From assembly GCA_964016885.1 (NCBI GenBank), contig OZ024740.1, positions 324,322,001-324,386,000 on the forward strand: a stretch of DNA of 64,000 nt, given 5' to 3'. Source of the DNA: Eledone cirrhosa. Taxonomy: Eukaryota. This document shows positions 1 to 10,927 of this stretch, piece by piece (the first letter of the stretch is position 1; each line of letters begins with the position of its first letter). The translations under genes were made by a program, and so were the position numbers. The notes beneath the pieces were generated by a model that was not told the origin of the DNA, did not search any database, and saw nothing but the letters and a program-made list of their open reading frames with translations.

Positions 1-206
1 TAATGAATAAAGTTAATATGTCCAAGGATACTAGGTACCCCTAGAAATACATAGGTTGTCTATGATTCAAGGTTGTTCAATGGTATTAATTTGATATACC
101 AGAACTTTAATATTAAGATAAGCAGAACAAGTAAAATTCAACCAATTTTTCAAAATAAATTAAAAAATATAATATAAATATTTACCTCTTCTAATGGCCC
201 TTACTG

Positions 207-273
<67 letters not shown>

Positions 274-339
274 CGCGTAAAAAGCTGTTACTAGCGATCC
301 TGCCAAGCTACAGCCTTTAATAATAGTAATAACTGTCCT

Positions 340-1090
340 TAATTTAATAGTCGATTAAATGAGCAACATTACTTGAGTGGTACTTAACCTAATCGACCCC
401 GAAGGGGTGAAATACAAAGTTGATCCCGATGGAATTTGAACTTTATCCGACTTCCTAATGATTCTGCTAAATCACTGCTCGATACAATAATAATTGTGTC
501 TACTTTTGGCACAAGGTCAGCAATTACCCCAGTGATTACTGGTACTTTATTTTATCGACCCTGTAAAGATGAAAGGGAAAGCTAACCTCTGCGGGATTTG
601 AACTCAAACCATAAAGGGCCGTAACTCTTTGCTGCAAAGCATGGCGTCCGACCCTCTACCGATACTGCAAATCCACCGCTCGATACAATAATAATGATTT
701 TCTAACATTTTGGGCGGAGCAAAATTGATTAAACAAATGCCAGTACTTGAGTGGTACTTTATTTTAAAGTAAATCAGCAATTTAGAGGCCAGGTTTGTCA
801 ATTTAAATTCCAGTATTTGAATTGTACTTTATTTGAACATCGAAAGAATGAAAGCAAAGTTGGCTTTGGCGCAATTCGAACTCAGAACGTAGAAAGCTGG
901 CCAAATATCACGAATCATCGTGTTCGACGTTCTCTAATAATTTTTTTAGATTGGCACAAGGCCAGAAGTTTGAGGAATGAGTTACAGTCGATTAAATCGA
1001 CCTCAGTACTTGACTGGTACTTTATTTATCGACTTTAGAAGGATGAAAGGCAAAGCTACATTTTCCTACGTTCTAAACATTCTGCTAATC
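340..1090 (-). mobile_element. Head-to-tail cluster of 4-5 decayed tRNA-derived SINE copies
   Basis: Repeated reverse complement of the SINE body seen at 18915 and 56558, e.g. 'ggtactttattttatcgaccc...atgaaagggaaag...gcgggatttgaactca' (B-box GAGTTCAAATCCC on the minus strand). Confidence 0.75.
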
Positions 1091-1103
1091 TCCCATTCAA
1101 CAG

Positions 1104-1267
1104 ATGTTGATGAATATTCATGAAATCCCGACGCAACAGCCATTACAAAAAAGTTCCAATGTGTGTGTGGGTGTAGTCTCTGTTGTCTGATTTCAAGATA
1201 TCTTTAGCCCAGTGATTTGTGATTCGTCTGTAAATGTACACGTCTGTAAGCCAGTGGTGCATGAAAG
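1104..1267 (+). other. Candidate non-coding/5'UTR host exon
   Basis: Branch-point-like ctaat, pyrimidine tract and cag (1101-1103); donor AAG|gtaaca at 1268; unique sequence; no frame open across it. Confidence 0.25.
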
Positions 1268-1693
1268 GTAACAGAAAAAGAAACAACCCCTTTGTAATGA
1301 CGGTTCTGTTCTTGAAAAAAAAAAAAAAATGTAAAAATAAAAATAAAGAAATAACACATTTCAAAGAAAGCTGATATCAGAAAAAGTTAAAACATGATAA
1401 AATATCACTGACTTTAGAAAATTTAGCGGAAGGAATCTAAAAAAAAAAAAAGTGTGAGGCTGGTGGTGGTGGTGGTGGTGGTGGGTAACGATATAATCAG
1501 CCGTTTTATATGGATTGCGGAATATAAATTTAACATCCATTCCAAACACACAACTACTTCAAGAGAGAGAAAGCAGTTTAAGAAAAAAATAAAATAAAAT
1601 AAAATAAAATAAAATAAAATAAAATAACTAATGCTCAGTATATGGCAAGACTAAAATAAAAAGATGGCGAGATAAAGACTGACAGACAAAGAA

Positions 1694-3049
<1,356 letters not shown>

Positions 3050-3114
3050 TACATGTACGTCTATGTATGCATTTGATGCATGAAGAAACATTATCTATTA
3101 TCTATTTGTCACAG

Positions 3115-3247
3115 ATTTTATTTCTTGAAATATCTCTGCTCCAGAAACGGAACCAAAATATGGAAACGATAAAATAAAATGGAATGGAGAACGTTCAAGA
3201 ACATTCCTCGAGGAAAGGAGAGGAAGAAAAGAAAGAAGAGAATAAAG
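3115..3247 (+). CDS. Candidate first coding exon of a host gene (ATG 3184: MENVQEHSSRKGEEEKKEENK, phase-1 donor)
   Basis: Acceptor 'tctatttgtcacag' ending at 3114; donor AAG|gtttgt at 3248; purine-rich protein-like frame; no recognised homology. Confidence 0.3.
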
Positions 3248-3458
3248 GTTTGTTCATATTTTTCTTATATAAAATATAGGAAGGAGGAAGGATTTTTTTT
3301 TTTTTTTTTAAGGTGTGGTTGGTATGTTTCCGATGTTACCAAATTAGAGTTTAACGCTGAACATACCACGAGCGGATATTCTACAAATATATTCAATTTT
3401 CTTACCAAAGTCTGTATGTGTTTACTTTCTTGAGGTTTTATTTTTAAACATTTCTCAC

Positions 3459-3540
<82 letters not shown>

Positions 3541-3625
3541 AAAAATTGAACGGGGACAAAACAGAGAGGCAGTACGAACAAAGGTTTATTAGTTTCACGC
3601 TCTTGAGAGTGTTGTAGTGGTGGGG

Positions 3626-3659
3626 AACGACGTTTCGGGCATAAGCCCTTCTTCAGGTG
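3626..3659 (-). ncRNA. Minimal hammerhead-like motif in a ~210-bp element (3537-3745) between (TA)n tracts
   Basis: Minus strand CUGAAGA-A-GGGC(UUAU)GCCC-GAAACGUC; stem I weak. Confidence 0.55.
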
Positions 3660-3741
3660 AAAAGTGTGTGGGAAGAGAGTTCCAAGGGTGTGTAGGAGAG
3701 TGGTGGAGAGACATATAGAAAAAAGGGGGTAAGAGGAAACG

Positions 3742-3779
<38 letters not shown>

Positions 3780-3999
3780 GCTACGGAAGCATTCGATTAT
3801 GTTGACAAGATCTCCTTTTCGGGTAGTGTTTTCGATGCTCAGAGATTGGGATTGGTCGAGTGCAAGGCCTTTCCCCACTTAAAAAACTTTCAAAGCACAG
3901 GCATGTTCAAGATCTGTTACAAGCGATTGCAATACTCTTAGCAGACTTTGCAGCCATCATATATGAGCATAGAACATGGGGTGAAAGTATCATCACTAC

Positions 4000-4037
<38 letters not shown>

Positions 4038-4051
4038 CCGCACTTCTCTTT

Positions 4052-4118
<67 letters not shown>

Positions 4119-4237
4119 TATACATATATACACATCTCGTAAATTTTAACCGCCCTATATATATATATATAATAATAATAATAATATTATTTATACTTCT
4201 ATATACACTATATATAATTATATACAGGAAAGGTCAG

Positions 4238-4311
<74 letters not shown>

Positions 4312-4766
4312 CAGTGAAGCTCACACTATATGCAAATGACCAAAATTCTATATAAACTATAGTCCATTTCATGCAAATACCCTTTGAGTGTGTCATTGGT
4401 GAACGATTAACAGCGCTGTTTGACATTTTCAGAACATACTGGAAACGCTCTGATATATTCGTATGTTTATTGTGTCTAAACTTATATATATTTTCATTTA
4501 CACTAATCACCTCTATGAAGCTAAACGCCGACTTAGTGCCACCTCCATAATATGTATCTATATAGAGAGAAGGAGGGGGAGACTGTGCATGTGAGCCGCT
4601 TTGTAACCGAGGAACAAGGTTACCTCATTGGAAATCAGACATCAACTCGTTACTTATGTCTGCCTATATAATTGTCATTATACCTGTGTTTTTGTGTGTT
4701 TTTAATCATATATATGCATATGTACATATGTTTTTGCATATATATATATGTATATATTTATTCATT

Positions 4767-4894
4767 TATTTAATATAGAAATGGCTTCTACGGGACTAGA
4801 ACTGTTTCATTCGGGAGAAATCATCAGGAAGCCCTGATGATTTCTCCCGAATGAAACAGTTCTAGTCCTGTAGAAACCTTTTCTATTTTAAATA
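4767..4894. ncRNA. Fold-back palindrome carrying a hammerhead on each strand
   Basis: Minus 4783-4833: GGCUUC CUGAUGA UUUC(UCCC)GAAU GAA ACAG..CCGU A GAAGCC; plus copy from 4834 has an ACAG/CUGU stem III; ~62-bp arms with a 4-nt loop. Confidence 0.8.
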
Positions 4895-4962
4895 TTTATA
4901 CTCTACCATGTATTGAGTACCTTACTTACTGTGCTTGCCCCCGATTGAACCCAAGATAAACC

Positions 4963-5025
<63 letters not shown>

Positions 5026-5053
5026 GTGGTTACACAACAGTTAGTTCACCATA

Positions 5054-5093
5054 CCGAGAACAATTGTTTCACCTTCACGGATCTTCAGCTCGG
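5054..5093 (-). ncRNA. Hammerhead ribozyme in the Penelope 3' terminal repeat
   Basis: CCGAG CUGAAGA UCC(GUGAA)GGU GAA ACAAUUGU U CUCGG; decayed inverted copy at 7586-7623 (+). Confidence 0.8.
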
Positions 5094-5271
5094 GATGTGT
5101 ATGGTTATAGGAACAGGAAGGACAACCGTACGAACGCGCATGCGCAGAAACTCGGTCACTTCACACAGGCAATACTAGACTGCGTGCGGGAGGTGTAAGG
5201 GAGATAACTGCGAAAGTCCGAAAAGTTTTTAGGTTGAAAATAAAAAAAATTAAAAATAAAATTACAAAGAA

Positions 5272-7310
5272 TCAGTCCGGAGCCTTGTAGTTATGCAATA
5301 GATGTTTGGTGACGTGTGGACAACGTGTGAAAAATTCACTTCTCGTGTTTAGGCAATCACTATTGCGTAATCTCTTTAGGATAGTTATTCGTTCGTCAAT
5401 ACATAAGCCACACGTCGGATTTCCCCTTGCGTATGGCTTGGACTTAGTGATGGCTTTCCATTGAATGGAGTAGCCTATACTTGAGTCCTTGAGGGACCAT
5501 ACGAGGCTCGCGAGTTTCGTGGATGAACGTCTCTCCGGGTATCTGAAGGTAGACTGGTGGTTCAGGAAACGCTCCTTGAATCGGCCCTCCGCGATGCCCA
5601 CATAGGATTTGACCTCCAGTGGTTTGTTTGGTCGGTTGGAAGTGACCACAGCTTCATAGATTACAGCTGGTGTGTTGCATTGCTGTTGAAGGGGGCAAGC
5701 TTCAGGCTTACGGTAAGAGCACCCTGGTGGGGTGTTGCTCCTAGGGCTGCTGGTGATGTGGGCCTTCATGTTCTTAGCGCAGGAGTATCCTAGTTTAACT
5801 TTGTGTCGGTTAAAGATGGAGCGGTATTTATGACCTATGGGGAAGTGTCTATCTAAGAGGGCTAGAAATGTTTTTCCTACATTGGTTTTAACGTTGAATG
5901 AGAAGGGAGGAGAGAACCAGATAGTTTGTCTATTGATGCGCTTACTTTTCTTAATGGTGTTGTTGCTAGTGGGAGAGTAGGTGATAGGTTGTGAGAAGCC
6001 GCTGTTAGCCAACGCCGTGTTATAGTAGGGTGCCGCCCTGTCAAAGATAGCCTTATTAGAGGAGAAGTTTGAGATTCTAGTACTGATATTCTTAACGAAG
6101 TTTCTAAAAACAGTGGGAGGGTGGCATGAGTCCTTGTGAATGTAATTAAGTTTCTCGTTTAGCTTATGGAAGGGTCTGTGGGTGTGTGTCCGAAGGTCTA
6201 AATTAATGTCTAAGAAATCTACTCTAGAGAGGTTGGTGGTTACTGTTATCCTAAGGCCTAACTCATTGAAGGTAGAAGATAAGTCTTTTTTAAACCGGTC
6301 GAGGTGGTGACCACTTTTATGGCTCGATAAAGTCAGTCCATCGTCACGGTATATTCCTGTGTGGAAGTCCGGGAATCTCACACGTAATATGTATAAGATA
6401 AAAAGTCAACCAAGTCGCATACGTCAGCACTGTCAAACGATCCCATGGAGACGTCGAACAGGTCTGAAGATGCAAACTTCTTTGCCCAGGCTACTCCGTC
6501 GTTGAAGAGGAGGGTTTTCCGGCAGTGAGCGATGATTTCCCTGTCTAAACCATCGACAGTGGTATAAGTGGTAGCGAAATCCAACGCTTTGTTTAACAGG
6601 GTCTCTGAGATCGACGGGTAAAAATCGACAATGTCAAACTGTGTGAACTTCGCTTTTTTTGGATTAATTACGGAGTCGCTGTTTTCCCACTGGGGCAGGT
6701 TGGACTTGGTCCTAATTGTCTTAACTATGTTTCTAAGTATGGCCTTACTGACTAGTCCCATATCTGTGCGTGCCGGGTTTATTAGTCTACATGTGGCGTT
6801 AGAAGTAAAATCTACCTTGTGATCTTTCAGGGTGAGGAACGCCTCCCGCTTAGCTAGAGATTGTAGCTTCTTATCTACCTTAAGGGTGGCGGCAAGTTCT
6901 TTGGCTTCTGTATTAATGTCGTGGTAGGCCATAGGGTTAGCTTTCTTATATTTAGAAGTAATAGCGTTATGGGCCAGGTGGCGGAAAGTGGTGTTGTCGA
7001 CTTCGTAAATATTATTAGTTTTGTCGGAAAGGACGAAGGTGTTATTAGAAGACCTAAATTTCTTAATATCGTTTCTGAGTTTTGTTTGAAAGGTGTTAGT
7101 CGCTAACATTTCCTTTCGCAAACAACTAAGTCAAGAAGGTCCATCTCGAAAGGAACAAGTTCGGTTACCTTAGGAGGGTAGGCCCTCGATTTCAGGTTGA
7201 AGGTGTTGTGTGTGCCTGTAATTTTGCCGTCGAAAGCTAGGGCTCGCCATCTTAAGCGTCTGACGACATCTTCCGCTTTTTGTAGGAGGAGCTTTTGGTA
7301 AACATGGATT
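5272..7310 (-). pseudogene. Penelope-like RT + GIY-YIG ORF, frameshifted
   Basis: N-terminal KAEDVVRRLRWRA...FNLKS...ELVPFEMDL (7122-7310); RT motifs FDIVDFYPSI, SMGSFDS, GIYRDDG; linker CSYx5Cx5C; VIY...YVG...RF..RF..H; C-terminal CGLC..E and RCPH. Confidence 0.92.
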
Positions 7311-7831
7311 CAAGGAGATTACGCAATAGCGATTGCCTAAACTCAAGAAATGAATTCTTCACACGGTGTCCGCACGTCTGGAAACACCTCTTACATAACT
7401 ACAAAGCTCCAGATTGAATTACAACAACATCCTAATTTTCTTATCAAATAGAAACTTTCGGACTTTCGCAGTTATCTCCCTTACACCTCTCGCACGTAAT
7501 TTAGTATTGCATGAGTGAAGTGACCGTTTTTGCGCATGCGCGTTCCTACGGTTGTCCTTCCTGTTCAGTATAACCATGTCCATTACGAACTGAGCACCGC
7601 TAAGGTGAAACAATTGTTCTCGGTATGGTGAACTAACTGTTGTGTAACCACTTCTATAATATATATATATGGTGAACTAACTGTTGTGTAACCACTTCTA
7701 TAACATATATATATATATAATTCCAGTTCCTCAGAGAAATAACAACCCAACCAGGAGCATGACATATTGGAGTATTGACGGAGAAAAATACTTTAACAAC
7801 ATGTGTACCTGTCTCTACCACACCAATTCGA

Positions 7832-7886
7832 ACTGCCTGAAGAAGTCACAGCCAATGATGGCTGTCACAGAAATATATATAGCAGT
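7832..7886 (+). ncRNA. Type I hammerhead ribozyme in a ~220-bp element between (TA)n tracts
   Basis: ACUGC CUGAAGA [ACAGCCA-AUGA-UGGCUGU stem] GAA AUAUAUAU A GCAGU. Confidence 0.85.
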
Positions 7887-8127
7887 ACATCTTTAATAAA
7901 TGAAGCCGAATCTTAAATATTTGACTTAATTACTTTATTTTATATATATATATATATAAAGAATTCATATCTAGTAACATATATATACATACAGATGCAT
8001 ATCAATGCTAGCAAATATATAGGTTTTGTCTTAATAACAGTGTGGTTCAATGCATGGGGTTGCAGAACAATAATATAAGAGACGTAAAATAAGAAAATTA
8101 TAAAATTAACTTACTTACTAAAATATC

Positions 8128-8210
8128 ACTTCCAACTAATTAGTTTCTGGAATGGAGTAAATATATTTTCCGAAGAATAATATGGAGAAGCATTCCGTCG
8201 TCAGGAAAGT
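8128..8210 (-). ncRNA. Hammerhead ribozyme (copy 1)
   Basis: ACUUUC CUGACGA C-GGAAUG...CAUUCC-A GAA ACUAAUUAGU U GGAAGU. Confidence 0.85.
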
Positions 8211-8652
8211 CTATTCTCATGTACGTTTCCAGGCAAAGCGAGGACACTGGAAACTTATTAAAAAATAATTCAGTGGATAGGAAATAGCGAAGCGTGGACT
8301 GAATTCCAAGCCATTGAGAAAATCACTGCCTCTACGTCTGTGGCAAATTCAAAAAGAATCGAACACGTGACATCGAGGTCAATCAGTGGAAAGTGGTTTG
8401 CTAATAAGACAGCGGCCTGCCTACAACCGTAGCAGCAGTCATGGCCAATATTGCTCGACAAATAATTTGGAGATAATAATAAAGAATTCATATCTAGTAA
8501 CATATATATATGCATACAGATGCATATCAATGCTAGCAAATATATAGGTTTTGTCTTAATAGCAGTGTGGTTCAATGCATGGGGTTGCAGAACAATAATA
8601 TAAGAGACGTAAAATAAGAAAATTATAAAATTAACTTACTTACTAAAATATC

Positions 8653-8735
8653 ACTTCCAACTAATTAGTTTCTGGAATGGAGTAAATATATTTTCCGAAG
8701 AATAATATTGTGAAGCATTCCGTCGTCAGGAAAGT
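8653..8735 (-). ncRNA. Hammerhead ribozyme (copy 2)
   Basis: Same core and stems as 8128-8210. Confidence 0.85.
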
Positions 8736-8845
8736 CTCTCTCTATATATATATGTAAATATAATATATATATGTAAAGAAAAGGAAATTGACGTTGTCCC
8801 TTGTGTAAACGTTCATCCTCTCTCTCACTTCCTCCTCTCTCCCCC

Positions 8846-8899
<54 letters not shown>

Positions 8900-9101
8900 T
8901 GATAGAGTAAGACACGCTTCACATCGGCTCCGCTATTCCATCGGGATTTACCCTTACTATTGTAAGTACCGGATAAATTTTTCAGTGCAACACATTTGGA
9001 ACACTAACCCCTGTTATTTAGGGAAACATTTTTGCATTTACCCCCTTTTTAGGGGGTAAAATAAATATCTATTTTTGCCGAAAAATTTCGTTCTTGGATG
9101 C

Positions 9102-10927
9102 ATGGCGGAAAAGATGGCAGACATGTCTGCCATTAGCTCTGCCACGCCCCCCAAGTCTGAAGAACAAAAAATAATTACAACAAAATTAGACAACGAAACA
9201 AACAAAGAAAATGAAAAAACAAATGTTAAGGAAAATGAGCAAACGGAAAACAAACAAACAGAAAATAATACAAATAACAACAGGGCAACTTTCGCCCAGA
9301 AAACAAAACAATCCATTACATACACACCAATTGACCTAACGGCCGCCAGAGAAAAACTGGCCGAAGCAAAGAAACACATTGTTTTGGGGGAAAACGGAAT
9401 GTTTTCCATTAACCCCCCCCCGCCCCCCCCCCCGAATTCAAGAAAGCGAGAACAGAGAACACAGTTCTCTTCAGAACAATCCTAAACCAAACAAGAAAGC
9501 CAGCACAGCCCAGCCAAATGGAGATAGAGTTGGTCCTAAAAGACTATATGAAGAATATTCTCTTCATACGAAAGGACCGACTCTATGGCATCATTTCGGT
9601 CCTAACAAAAGACAAGGAAACGGCGGAGAAGCTTTCCATAAGCCCACTCTCATCGACAACATACAGCTTCTATCCCTCCTACATGGGTAGAAGAACACAG
9701 AGAGTAAAAATACAAACAATGCTGCCCACAATGGACTTCTGGTGGGCTATTGCTGGCTTCATAGACATGGGCGAGGACACAGTGCTGTCAATGGGGAAGG
9801 CATCCGGAGATGCGTTCCTGGGAATAGGCCTCGACCTACTAGTCCAAATGAGGCCCGAAAGAATAGCACAAATCCCGGATCGCATCTGGCTGGATGAGCT
9901 CACCCCAATAGATATAATTGTAGAGGGGAGAAGACCAGCATGCTATTTATGCACGGAAAGGGGACACATTAAGGCTAACTGCCCGAAACGTATCCCCCAA
10001 AAAGGACTATTGCCCACACCCATCACAAACAGTACACCAACACCACCCACCTCCAAAAATACACTAATACCACACACAGCAAACAAAATACAAACACCAC
10101 CAAGCACAACACAAACATCACCAGCACCAAGCACGACACAAAAATCACCACCACCATCACCAACACAAACACCACCACCACCATTACCAACCACAAGCAC
10201 GACACAAACAGCACCACCACCACCACAAAACGCATTCCAAACAAATAATAAAAAAAACAGCAACAAATCTACCCCTCCCGCAAAAAAAAAACAACCAGAC
10301 ACGACGCCCCTCCCACCTAGCGCTGAAGAGTTTCCCCCAACTTCTGAAGAAGAAGGAGGAGAAGCCTTCAGACAAGTTAAAAGAAAAAAAAGAAAGCACA
10401 CACCCAGCACACCACAAATAACCCACACACAAACACCAACTCCAATAAAAAACACCCCACCCTCAACAAACAAAAATAAATCTGCGCCTCCCCTCTCCGA
10501 AACATTGACAGCATCACAAAAAAAGACATTGCAATACACATATATAAATAAAGAAAACAAAAAACTGTTTAAATTAATAAACAATAGCCCTTTGGTGCAG
10601 ACCGAAGGGCCAAACTTTATCTCAACAGAGAACTTCACCCATTTAAAAATGATAAAGGTCCCTCTGGACCTTTATCGTTCCTTAAAAGAACAATTTAGAC
10701 AGGACGTGAGCCCCCCCTGTTTAAAACCGTTAAATCGCGTCCTCTTGAAAGATTTCCCCATAACCTCCCCTCTCCCTGACACAACTCCAAACACCCCAAC
10801 CCAACCACACTCGGGCACCCCCACACCACCACAAAACATCCCTCCACCCAACACACCTGACGCCATGGAAATTACACAGCCCGGAGAGGTAGGTGCTTTT
10901 CTTTCTTCACTTTCAACACCAAAATAG
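9102..10927 (+). CDS. LINE ORF1 (CCHC knuckle, Pro/Thr-rich tail); frameshift at the poly-C run 9413-9433
   Basis: CYLCTERGHIKANC; homologous to copy B ORF1 (FGENG.F.IN.PP; IVEGR.P.C; C.KP.NRVLLK). Confidence 0.85.

Larger units (their letters stand above)
5022..7700 (-). mobile_element. Penelope-like retroelement (C-terminal GIY-YIG, Hydra-like) with inverted terminal arm, inserted in (TA)n
   Basis: RT and endonuclease ORF fragments; 5022-5380 is an inverted match of 7311-7656; (TA)n on both flanks. Confidence 0.92.
7958..8737 (-). mobile_element. Non-coding partial-tandem element with two hammerheads (retrozyme/pLTR-like), period ~525 bp
   Basis: 7958-8212 is directly repeated at 8481-8737; each copy carries a hammerhead; (TA)n on both flanks. 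Confidence 0.8.
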
